From positions 517-64,516 of the forward strand of contig CAZSNF010000008.1 of the NCBI GenBank assembly GCA_964608315.1: DNA of 64,000 nucleotides, written 5' to 3'. Numbering within the stretch: the first letter of the stretch is position 1; each line of letters opens with the position of its first letter. The notes beneath the pieces were generated by a model. It saw only the letters and a list, made by a program, of their open reading frames with translations. It ran no database searches and was not told the origin of the DNA. Of the stretch, positions 26,719 through 35,413 are shown one piece after another. Origin of the DNA: an uncultured Rhodothermales bacterium. Its GTDB lineage: Bacteria; Bacteroidota; Rhodothermia; Rhodothermales; VXPQ01. The translations under genes were made by a program, and so were the position numbers.

Positions 26719-27814
26719 AGAGAAAGCGAAACAGTTGTTGGCGCAACTCTGGGATGAAGTTATTCAAAAGGATCAAGCAACCATTGATCCGCCCCCGGAG
26801 ATGGATGAGCAAATTCGCTCGCATGTTCGCGGCCTCATGTCTTCCGAGACCGTGTCGTTCCTGTATTGCTTGCCGACACAGTTGCTTGGCAAACTGACCG
26901 ACCCGGAACTTGATGCGCTTTGTCTGCAACGCGGCGATAACGCACCGTCGCAGTGGGATCCTCGCAGTTTCGCCACCAATGTCGTCGTACCGTGGGTGAG
27001 AGACAACGAGAATGTTCTGGGCACCAGTCCGGATCCTTATGTCAGCAATCCGCTGCGACAACCCCGGATACTTCCCGACCCCCCGAACGTACGACCGAAT
27101 ACGCTACCCTACTGGCGCGCTCTCCACACCGTACTGAGCAGTGTAGAAGAACGCAATGATCCGGCCTACACGCTCGCCGTGTTTCGCGAGGTGCTTTTCG
27201 CCTTCCACGATGAGTTGAAAAGCCAGCAATTCGAGTATCCCATTCTGCCTCGAATCAGCATGGAGCAAATGCGCTATCTCGTTCGCGAACTCCTGGCCAT
27301 CTCTCGTGAAGGGGAACATGCCATGTCGCTAACGGCGGCGTTGCTCCGGGTGCTTGGTCGCCGTTTCGGACTGTGGGACGATGTTTTGCGGCAAACTTCG
27401 ACCACGTCAGACCGTGCAACAGGCATGGTCGGCGATCTCGAGTGTCGTAATAACGGGCAAATCGTCTACGCCGTTGAAGTAAAGGAGCGGCAAGTCACGC
27501 TTTCCGATGTGCGATCATTCGAAAACAAACTCATAAAAGACCATGTAACCGAGGCGCTCATCAATGCCCCGGCACCTAAGGCATCGGAGAGCGAACCGAT
27601 TGAAAACCGAATTCGGCTGATGTGGAGTCGCGGCATCAACTTGTATTTGCTTCCGATCGAAGAACTCGTCTCCGTCACGATGAGCCTGGCAGGAGAAGAA
27701 GGCAGGCTGGAATTTGTCGCCGAAGTAGGCGAACAAATCGACGAGTACGCCCGACCGGCCAGCAGGTTTGCATGGCGGGACTTGCTTAGCGATATTTTGG
27801 ACGGCGTTGCGTAA
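26702..27814 (+). CDS. putative type II restriction endonuclease (PD-ExK)
   Basis: Overlaps the MTase stop by 17 nt. Motif MVGDLECRNNGQIVYAVEVKERQ (D...ExK). The family name cannot be confirmed by eye (possibly SacI-like). The TAA stop lies in the first bases of repeat copy C. Confidence 0.6.
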   Translation: MATPDREKAKQLLAQLWDEVIQKDQATIDPPPEMDEQIRSHVRGLMSSETVSFLYCLPTQLLGKLTDPELDALCLQRGDNAPSQWDPRSFATNVVVPWVRDNENVLGTSPDPYVSNPLRQPRILPDPPNVRPNTLPYWRALHTVLSSVEERNDPAYTLAVFREVLFAFHDELKSQQFEYPILPRISMEQMRYLVRELLAISREGEHAMSLTAALLRVLGRRFGLWDDVLRQTSTTSDRATGMVGDLECRNNGQIVYAVEVKERQVTLSDVRSFENKLIKDHVTEALINAPAPKASESEPIENRIRLMWSRGINLYLLPIEELVSVTMSLAGEEGRLEFVAEVGEQIDEYARPASRFAWRDLLSDILDGVA

Positions 27815-28072
27815 AGGACACTCTGATTAAATCTACTTTGATCGGCGCTTCGCGTTGGTGCGTACAGGGTATTGCGATGGCGTCGTTGAAATCACGGTAA
27901 ACGCTACGGATTCGGGGCATGGCGGACGTGAAGCGCCCTTCGGGAGGCTTGCGAGGGGTCGCTGGCTGTATCATTCCTCATTATGTGGGGCCTGCCACAT
28001 TGCTTCGTCATTCCTTGCCAGCGACCCCTCGCAAGCCTCTGAACTTTGCACATTTAATTCAGAGTATCCTAA
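27812..28072 (-). repeat. MITE-like element, copy C (full length, 261 bp)
   Basis: Termini taaaggacactctgattaaatc ... atttaattcagagtatcctaa. The interior is collinear with copy D. Confidence 0.85.
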
Positions 28073-28244
28073 AAAATGATTTTCCGCAGGCAGGCGAATG
28101 AATCCTGTCCGGCGGCGGTCTAATCGTGAAACGGGACGCGCGTCTGGACAGGCAACGTTCTGATCCGAACAGCGTATCTTTGCCGTCGAGACGATCCCGA
28201 GCGTAGCGTAGCGTACAGAAAACTTTTATGCCGCCCGCAACCGC

Positions 28245-29534
28245 ATGTCCCCCTCGTTCCTGCCTCGATCTGTTTGCGCACTGACCCTGCTGGCGCTTGG
28301 CTGCGGCATGGGATCGGCGAATGCGCTCGCCGCCGCCGGGCCGGGAAGCCGCCATGTTTCGGGTTTCGTCCATGCCGGGAATCCAATCGGCCCGGACGAA
28401 GCGCGCAACGCCGGGGCGCCGCACGCAACCTGCCGGGGGCAAATCAGGCCCGGGCCCACGCATACATACGAGACGCTGCGGCGCAGAGATATTGTAGAAC
28501 AAATCAGTCCCGGACCTGCGCGCACGAACGAAACGGGCGAGGAACTCTACAGAAAGGCCTGCGCAACCTGCCACGGCGCAGACGGCAGGGGCGCTCCCGC
28601 CGCCTTACTGGGGTTCGATGTTCCGCTCCCCGATTTCACCGACTGCAACTTCGCCACCCGCGAACCCGACGCCGACTGGCTTGCAGTGACCCATCAGGGA
28701 GGACCCGTGCGGGGATTCGCCCGGGAGATGCCGTCCTTTGGCGATGCGCTGACGCAGGACGAACTGCAAAAAATACTGGACCACATCCGCACCCTGTGCC
28801 CGGACGACGCATGGCCCAGAGGCGAATTGAATACGCCGCGGCCTCTGGTTACCGAAAAAGCCTTCCCGGAAGACGAAGCGGTATGGACCACCACGATAGA
28901 TATCGACGCCGAGAGCGCTATTATCCATGAGATGCTCTATGAAAAAAGATTGGGCGCGCGGAATCAATTCGAGGTAATCGTACCATTCGGTTTCCAGGAG
29001 CGCAGGCAAGGCGGTCAACTCGGAGACGTCGCGCTCGGTTTGAAACGCGTCATGCTCCAGAGCTTGTCTCATGGCAGCATACTCAGCCTCGGGGGCGAAG
29101 TGATTCTACCCACGGGACACAAAAACAAGGGCACAGGAAAAGGCCTGACGCGCATCGAACCCTTTGCTTCCTTCGGGCAGATACTGCCTGCGGACGCTTT
29201 TCTGCAATTTCAGGGTGGTTTCGATATCCCCCTGAATCGGAATGCAGCAACGGACGAGGCTTTTTTTCGCGGCGTGGCGGGCAAAAGCTTCACGCAGGGA
29301 GACTGGGGGCGCACTTGGTCGCCCATGCTGGAAGTACTCGGAACCCGTTCTCTGGGATCAGAGGGCGTTTTGCATTGGGACATCGTGCCCCAGGCGCAAA
29401 TCTCCCTGAACCGGCGACAGCACGTGATGCTCAACATCGGATTCCGTATCCCTGTAAATCACCACCCCGCCCCGCAATTTATAGTCTATCTGTTGTGGGA
29501 GTGGTTCGACGGGGGCTTTTTCGAGGGCTGGTAA
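28245..29534 (+). CDS. lipoprotein: monoheme cytochrome c domain fused to a C-terminal beta-barrel (MetA/porin-like) domain
   Basis: Lipobox LLALGC. Single CATCH heme motif within a ~100-aa cytochrome c domain with a distal M (EMPSFG). The C-terminal ~270 aa show alternating-hydrophobic beta-strand patterns and end in ...GFFEGW (aromatic terminus). Confidence 0.6.
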   Translation: MSPSFLPRSVCALTLLALGCGMGSANALAAAGPGSRHVSGFVHAGNPIGPDEARNAGAPHATCRGQIRPGPTHTYETLRRRDIVEQISPGPARTNETGEELYRKACATCHGADGRGAPAALLGFDVPLPDFTDCNFATREPDADWLAVTHQGGPVRGFAREMPSFGDALTQDELQKILDHIRTLCPDDAWPRGELNTPRPLVTEKAFPEDEAVWTTTIDIDAESAIIHEMLYEKRLGARNQFEVIVPFGFQERRQGGQLGDVALGLKRVMLQSLSHGSILSLGGEVILPTGHKNKGTGKGLTRIEPFASFGQILPADAFLQFQGGFDIPLNRNAATDEAFFRGVAGKSFTQGDWGRTWSPMLEVLGTRSLGSEGVLHWDIVPQAQISLNRRQHVMLNIGFRIPVNHHPAPQFIVYLLWEWFDGGFFEGW

Positions 29535-29560
29535 CCCATACCTGATCGGGAAATGTACTC

Positions 29561-31219
29561 ATGAGCGGAAAGCTGTTTCTGATAATTCTTATTGCTGCGG
29601 CGGGACTGGCGTTCGCGCATCCGCTCTTCTTCCCTGCGCCCCTCCAGGCGCCGGGAATAGCTTCCGTCCAACCCGACGATCCGCACTTGTTCGCGACCGG
29701 CGCCGCGTGCATAAGTTGTCATAGCAACCTGATCACCCCTTCCGGCGAAGACATCTCGATCGGCGCGGACTGGCGCGCTTCCATGATGGCCAATTCGGCC
29801 CGCGATCCGTACTGGCAGGCCGCAGTACGGCGGGAAACGATGGATCATCCGCAAGCGCAGGCCCTCATTGAGGACGAATGCGCCGCCTGCCATATGCCCA
29901 TGTCCCGCTTTGAAGCAAAGGCCGCGGGCCAACAAGGGCAGGTCTTTCCCCACCTGCCGGTCGGCGAAAATACGCACCGCACCGATGAACTGGCGGCGGA
30001 CGGCGTTTCCTGCACCGTATGTCACCAGATCACCGCCGATAACCTGGGCGCCAGAGAAAGCTTCACGGCCGGGTTCGCGATCGATACGGAGACGCCGATG
30101 GAACAACGCGCCATTTTCGGGCCCTATGAGGTGGACGCCGGCAGGCGGACCGTTATGCATTCCGCATCGGGATTCCGGCAAGTGGAGTCGCGCCATATTC
30201 AAAAATCCGAACTATGCGCGACATGCCATACCCTGTTCACTGAAGCGATCGGGCCCACAGGAGAGATTGCAGGCGAGCTTCCCGAGCAAGTCCCCTATCT
30301 GGAATGGCTGCACAGCGCCTACCCGGAAGAAAAAAGTTGTCAGTCCTGCCACATGCCCGTCGTGGAGGACGCCACGGTCATCTCTTCGGTATTGGGCGAG
30401 GAGCGCACAGGAGTTTCCCGGCACGTATTTCAGGGGGGCAACTTCTTTATGCTCCGCATGCTCAACCGGTACCGGGCCGAACTGGGCGTGGAAGCGCTCC
30501 CGAACGAACTGGACGCCGCGGTCCGGCAAACCGAGCATCATTTACAGACAAACACCGCGCGCATCTCGATAGAAGACGCCGAACGGGCAGACGATGCGTT
30601 GCATGTCGAAGTGCGTCTTGAAAATCTGGCCGGGCATAAACTTCCGACGGGCTATCCCTCGCGCAGAAGCTGGATCCGTTTTACGGTGCGCGACCGGAAC
30701 GGGACCCCCGTTTTCGAATCCGGCGGCGTCCGGTCCACGGGCGAAATCCCGGGAAACGACAACGACGCGGATCCGGCCCGTTACGAACCCCATTACCGGG
30801 AAATCACAAAAAGCGATCAGGTGCAGATCTATGAATCCGTGATGGTCGATACGCAGGATCAGGTGACGACGGGACTGTTGCAAGGGGTGCGGTACGTCAA
30901 GGACAACCGGTTGCTGCCGCGGGGATTCGACAAAGCGACTGCATCCGAGGATATAGCGGTGCATGGTCGGGCAAGGGAGGACGCCGACTTTACCGGAGGA
31001 AGCGACGCCGTACGCTACATCGTTGATGTGAACGAACAGCAAGGACCCTTTACCATCCAGGCCTCGCTCTGGTATCAGCCGATCGGTTACCGGTGGGCTC
31101 ATAACCTGAAGGACTACGATGCGCCCGAAACCAATCGATTCGTCGCATTCTACGATTCCATGTCGGAGATATCGGGCATAGCGCTCGCAACGGTGGAAAT
31201 CGTCGTATCCGGGCCGTGA
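29561..31219 (+). CDS. pentaheme c-type cytochrome
   Basis: Signal peptide. Five CxxCH motifs (CISCH, CAACH, CTVCH, CATCH, CQSCH). 26-nt gap after the cytochrome-porin gene. Confidence 0.8.
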   Translation: MSGKLFLIILIAAAGLAFAHPLFFPAPLQAPGIASVQPDDPHLFATGAACISCHSNLITPSGEDISIGADWRASMMANSARDPYWQAAVRRETMDHPQAQALIEDECAACHMPMSRFEAKAAGQQGQVFPHLPVGENTHRTDELAADGVSCTVCHQITADNLGARESFTAGFAIDTETPMEQRAIFGPYEVDAGRRTVMHSASGFRQVESRHIQKSELCATCHTLFTEAIGPTGEIAGELPEQVPYLEWLHSAYPEEKSCQSCHMPVVEDATVISSVLGEERTGVSRHVFQGGNFFMLRMLNRYRAELGVEALPNELDAAVRQTEHHLQTNTARISIEDAERADDALHVEVRLENLAGHKLPTGYPSRRSWIRFTVRDRNGTPVFESGGVRSTGEIPGNDNDADPARYEPHYREITKSDQVQIYESVMVDTQDQVTTGLLQGVRYVKDNRLLPRGFDKATASEDIAVHGRAREDADFTGGSDAVRYIVDVNEQQGPFTIQASLWYQPIGYRWAHNLKDYDAPETNRFVAFYDSMSEISGIALATVEIVVSGP

Positions 31220-31398
31220 TTACCCGCCCTGTTTCAGCGTCAACGCGCTATCGTTTTATACCGCTTTGTCCCTTCCGGCTCTTTCGCGCATACGCCCCCT
31301 TCTACCTGAAAGTTGCAAAATTTCTATACCACTGTGTATTGGCGAAGCGCAAGACGTCGATAGCGACAGTTCGATCAGACATATTTCGCCGCTTGCCG

Positions 31399-32802
31399 CT
31401 AATCCCGGCGGTTCGCTGACGTAAGACGCTCTTCGGGTTCCAGGACGATCCACTCGTTGTGTGCGAATCGCCGGTATTTCGCGCGCGCAAGGTCAACCCG
31501 TTCGTCAATAAGAGGCCCCCTGTGCCGGTCATTGAGCGTCACGATAGCGCGTGCGTGCACGTTGCGATCTTCCCCTTCCATTTCGAGCTTGTTTCCGAGA
31601 TGGCGAGCGTACTGGATGATCATGTGCGGCCGACCCGCCATCTTTCGCCGTTGCCGTCCGGTCAGGTTGCTTGTCGACAATTCACGCTCGGCGCCTGACT
31701 CGGCGATGGTGAAGAAGCGAATTTCTTCTGCATCCTTATCTCTGAGCTTCATATGCCACGAGAAATAATGCTTCTCCTCCGTCCAGCTTACGTTTCCCGG
31801 AATAGCAAAGTGGAGTAGCGGATAGAAAACCTGCAGGCAAACGAACGCGCACAGAAATACGCCGGTGACGGGTTGAAGCCGGTAACCGCCAAGCGGGCGC
31901 TCGCGAAATGCAAATCTGAATATCCAGCGTTGTCGGGACGCCGTGTTTTCGGCTCGGTCGCCTGCGGCGGGCGCCTGTGCAAGCGTTAATTCCCAGCGTC
32001 GCAACCAACGCGCAAGCGCATCGGCGTCAAGGAAAAGCGCATAGACCGCGACAGCGAGGTAGGGGAATATCCCGATGTCATAGAACCACCAGTTCATGAA
32101 GTTGAAGCCGAGGAGCAACGGAAACGCCATGAGTCGGGTTCGCTTCCAGCATAGCAGAAGTCCGATCGCCAGATCCAACGCCAACCCCATGTAGGCGTAG
32201 AAATAGACGAACCACTCCTGGGTAAACAATGGCCCCAAAAGGAAGTAGTCCGCCCGGTTTTCGAGCCATGCCCGTACGGGTTCGCCAGCCAGCCAGTCCC
32301 CGTTGATCTTTGCGATCCCGGCGTACAGGAAAACAACGACTATCTGAAGCCGGAAGACGAAAACCTGCCAGCGAGGCGCTTGCGACGGCGTCGCCTTTCG
32401 GCGGGCGTCCAGCGAGAAACGCCGATGCGCATCCGTGACCGAGAGTAATAACGCCAGCAGGGAAATCAGGTAATAGTGATTGTTGTACTGCGCCTTGTCA
32501 ATGAGAAACACATACGTATAGAGTACAAAGAACGCGACAGCCGCCAGCCTGTAGCGAAAACCTATGGCGAGCAAAAACGCCGCCGCAAACATGGCGATAA
32601 AAATCGCGTAGATTCCGCTGCCGAACGTGGGCAGGCCGTTGATGAAGCTGAAAAAGAATTCGGTTTCGACATAGTACCGCTCGATTCGTCCGAGCCGCCA
32701 ATAACGCACCACTTCCCATATCATCAGTACGCCGAAGAGGATCCTGAACAGGGCCAGAGGCGCCGCATCGACCGGTTGGGAAAGATGTTTCCGGATGCTC
32801 AT
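31399..32802 (-). CDS. HTTM domain (vitamin-K-dependent gamma-carboxylase-like) membrane protein
   Basis: N-terminal VDAAPLALFRILFGVLMIWEVVRY and multiple TM segments, then a soluble C-terminal domain. 467 aa. Confidence 0.7.
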   Translation of the reverse strand: MSIRKHLSQPVDAAPLALFRILFGVLMIWEVVRYWRLGRIERYYVETEFFFSFINGLPTFGSGIYAIFIAMFAAAFLLAIGFRYRLAAVAFFVLYTYVFLIDKAQYNNHYYLISLLALLLSVTDAHRRFSLDARRKATPSQAPRWQVFVFRLQIVVVFLYAGIAKINGDWLAGEPVRAWLENRADYFLLGPLFTQEWFVYFYAYMGLALDLAIGLLLCWKRTRLMAFPLLLGFNFMNWWFYDIGIFPYLAVAVYALFLDADALARWLRRWELTLAQAPAAGDRAENTASRQRWIFRFAFRERPLGGYRLQPVTGVFLCAFVCLQVFYPLLHFAIPGNVSWTEEKHYFSWHMKLRDKDAEEIRFFTIAESGAERELSTSNLTGRQRRKMAGRPHMIIQYARHLGNKLEMEGEDRNVHARAIVTLNDRHRGPLIDERVDLARAKYRRFAHNEWIVLEPEERLTSANRRD

Positions 32803-32904
32803 TCGCAGGACTTAATATGCAGCGCCCGATTCGGCGCCGTCGCATCGCGCCACGGCGCCTGGCCTGGCGGGAAAATAGGCCCCGCAGAGCGCCGCTGCAT
32901 AGTG

Positions 32905-33166
32905 TTAAGGAACCTCTGATTAATTCTACTTCGATCAGCGCTTCACGTTCACGCGCACAGGACGTTATGACTGCGTCGTTGAAATCAGCGGTAAACGCTC
33001 TGGATTCAGGGCATGGCGGACATGAAGCGCCCTTCGGGAGGCTGCGAGGAACGCGCTGGCTGCGTCATTCCTCATTACGTGGGTCCTGCCACGCTGCTTC
33101 GTCATTCCTTGCCAGAGCGTTCCTCGCAGCCTCTGAACTTTGCAGAATTAATCAGAGGTTCCTTAA
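32905..33166 (-). repeat. MITE-like element, copy D (full length, 262 bp), followed by a solo terminus at 33173-33191
   Basis: ttaaggaacctctgattaattc ... gaattaatcagaggttccttaa. Inner stem gaggctgcgaggaacgcgctggc / gccagagcgttcctcgcagcctc. The solo terminus ctgatcagcgtgtccttta contains the stop codon of the 33189 gene. Confidence 0.9.
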
Positions 33167-33188
33167 CAGACCCTGATCAGCGTGTCCT

Positions 33189-34370
33189 TTACTTGACGAG
33201 CGTCATGGTTCGCGCAACGACCTTATCCGCCGTCTGCAATCTGTAGACGTAAGAGCCGCTCGGCAGATCGCTTGCATCAAGGCGCACCGCATGCCAGCCC
33301 GCAGGCTGTGCGCCGTCAACGAGCAGCGCCACTTCCTGACCAAGCATGTCGTACGCCGCCAGACGCACTTCGCCCGCTTCCGGCAACGCATAACGTATCG
33401 TCGTCTCCGGATTGAAAGGATTCGGATAATTCACCGAAAGCAACACCTCGGTCGGCAACTCCTCGCTCTCGGCGCTCGTTACCGACGGCAGAACGACACT
33501 CAGTTCGGCGGGCGACCCTCCGCCCTGCGCGCTCTTCGCGCACACCTGAAATACATACCCCATGCCGTTCGCCAGGCCCGCCACCGTGTAACTGTGAGTA
33601 TTCGCCTCACCGGGGCCGCTCTGCGGAATGTCCGTGTAGCTACCGAAAACGCCGCCTTGTTCTTTCTTCCGGTAGGCATAGCCGGTAACCTCCGATTCGC
33701 TGCCAGACGGAGCCTGCCAGAACAGCGTCACCCGGGCGTCGCCAACAGTAGCGCCCAGGTATTGCGGCGCACCCAATATCGCATTCGACGAAACGTTATC
33801 TCCATCGTCATCGTCATCGTCCCCGTCTCCGTCGTCGTCATCGTCCCCGTCGTCATCGTCGTCCCCGTCGTCATCGTCGTCCCCGTCTCCGTCGTCGTCA
33901 TCGTCCCCGTCGTCATCGTCGTCCCCGTCGTCATCGTCGTCCCCGTCTCCGTCGTCGTCATCGTCCCCGTCCCCGTCCCCGTCGTCGTCATCGTCCCCGT
34001 CCCCGTCGTCGTCATCGTCCCCGTCTCCGTCATCGTCCCCGTCCCCGTCGTCGTCATCGTCCCAGGGCGCCGCAACGCCCGCCATCGCAATGAACTCCGG
34101 CCCGGCGGGGGAATCTGACGCCGCAATGCCTTCCGTATTCGCGGCGGACCAGGATTTTGCTTCTTTCGACGTCTGTGCGTACGCCAGCGCCGCCGCCAGC
34201 GCGGACAAGGCCAACAAAAACGCCGCCGTCTGAAGAACGCAGGCGACCGAAGAACGAGCAAAGCCCGCCAGGCCTTTCCTGAAAAGCAGCGACAAATCGG
34301 ACGGATCAGAAACTACGGAAGACATCCGTGCCCCCTGAGGATTTTCCCTCGGCTTATCGTCGGATGACAT
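33189..34370 (-). CDS. secreted protein with ~100-aa Asp/Gly tract, FN3-like domain and T9SS C-terminal sorting domain
   Basis: Signal/TM segment AAFLLALSALAAALAYAQT. (D4-6 G D G)n tract. LFWQAPSG...VTGYAYR (FN3-like). C-terminal VNYPNPFNPETTIRY...GSYVYRLQT...MTLVK. Start taken at ATG 34370; alternative at 34325. Confidence 0.75.
   Translation of the reverse strand: MSSDDKPRENPQGARMSSVVSDPSDLSLLFRKGLAGFARSSVACVLQTAAFLLALSALAAALAYAQTSKEAKSWSAANTEGIAASDSPAGPEFIAMAGVAAPWDDDDDGDGDDDGDGDDDDDGDGDDDDDGDGDGDDDDDGDGDDDDDGDDDDDGDDDDDGDGDDDDDGDDDDDGDDDDDGDGDDDDDDGDNVSSNAILGAPQYLGATVGDARVTLFWQAPSGSESEVTGYAYRKKEQGGVFGSYTDIPQSGPGEANTHSYTVAGLANGMGYVFQVCAKSAQGGGSPAELSVVLPSVTSAESEELPTEVLLSVNYPNPFNPETTIRYALPEAGEVRLAAYDMLGQEVALLVDGAQPAGWHAVRLDASDLPSGSYVYRLQTADKVVARTMTLVK
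33790..34065 (-). repeat. coding tandem repeat (Asp/Gly tract) including a perfect 60-bp duplication
   Basis: 33841-33900 is identical to 33901-33960, and the last 20 bp of the unit also precede it at 33821-33840. The whole tract is built from gtcgtcatcgtccccgtc-type units. Confidence 0.9.
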
Positions 34371-34464
34371 AACAGCCTCTTGTTTGATGTTGCCTGCTCG
34401 GAACGAAAATATGGTCACGATACTAAATACAAAAAAAAAACGTCTTGTCAAAAAATTGTTGCGA

Positions 34465-34717
34465 TTAAGAATGTCCTGGTTAATTCTGCAAGGTTCAAAG
34501 GCGGCGAGGGGCGCTCTGGCAAGGAATGACGAAGCAATGCGGCAGGCGAGGAATGACGCCGATAGCGCGTTCTTCGCAGCCTTCCGAAGGGCGCTTCGCG
34601 TCCGGCAGGTCCCGAATACGCAGCGCTGGCCGCTGATTTCAACGACGCCGTCATAACGTCACTGTGCGTACGAACGCGACGCGCTGATCGAAGTAGAATT
34701 GATGAGCGGTTCCTTAA
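34465..34717 (+). repeat. MITE-like element, copy E (degenerate termini)
   Basis: ttaagaatgtcctggttaattctgcaagg ... gatcgaagtagaattgatgagcggttccttaa. The interior is collinear with copy I. Confidence 0.75.
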
Positions 34718-34948
34718 AATCAGAACATGCCGCGGGCAGGCGCAGTATACGCTCTGGCGGGCGCCTTGGTCCGAACGCCCAACGAGGAATACGATGTTTT
34801 TGCCCTCTGCGCCGCGAGGACCCGGTCGCGTTTAGAAACTTGTGCCTGTTCGCCGGAACGCGCTGCGCAGAAACCATGCACCGCCGAAAACAAAGTCCGC
34901 GCGTGGCCTCCGAACAACGCCTGTTCAGAAACCCTGACGGACCCACTC

Positions 34949-35392
34949 ATGCCGCACCGCCCCGTTATCCTGTTCGACGGCGATTGCAACTTCTGCAACG
35001 CGACCGTTCGCTGGATCGTAAAGCGAGACAAGCGCAAGACGCTCCGCTTCGCGCGGCTCCAGTCTCCCGCGGCCCGCCGCATCGTCGCTTTCGCCGACCC
35101 CGAAATCGATTTTGAAGCGCTTCCCGACAGTATGGCTTTCGTGGAGGAAGACGTCGTTTACACATCTTCCTCCGCCGCCCTTCGCGTCGCCCGATATCTG
35201 CGCTTTCCCTGGCCGGTCCTTGTCGTTGCGCTGGCTATCCCGCGATTCCTGCGGGATTCCGTCTATCGTTTTATCGCCCGCAACCGCTATCGCTGGTTTG
35301 GAGCAAGCGCCGCGTGTCCGACGCCTCCGCCGGATTTTGCTTCCCGCCTCTTCGAAACAGAGGGAGATCTTGATCAAAACCGCTTCGCTTGA
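34949..35392 (+). CDS. DCC-family thiol-disulfide oxidoreductase (DUF393)
   Basis: From the ATG at 34949: MPHRPVILFDGDCNFCNATVRWIV (DxxCxxC motif). The upstream part of the tracked ORF overlaps repeat E and looks non-coding. The TGA stop lies in a solo element terminus (35389-35403, ttgaggatactctga). Confidence 0.75.
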   Translation: MPHRPVILFDGDCNFCNATVRWIVKRDKRKTLRFARLQSPAARRIVAFADPEIDFEALPDSMAFVEEDVVYTSSSAALRVARYLRFPWPVLVVALAIPRFLRDSVYRFIARNRYRWFGASAACPTPPPDFASRLFETEGDLDQNRFA

Positions 35393-35413
35393 GGATACTC
35401 TGACCAGGGCCTG

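Noticed and set aside
33728-34261. Alternative-frame ORFs through the Asp/Gly repeat (poly-TGT/MTT and VVIV/PV translations)
   Set aside because: These are frame artefacts of the tandem repeat. Only the D/G frame connects a signal peptide to an FN3-like domain and a T9SS sorting domain.
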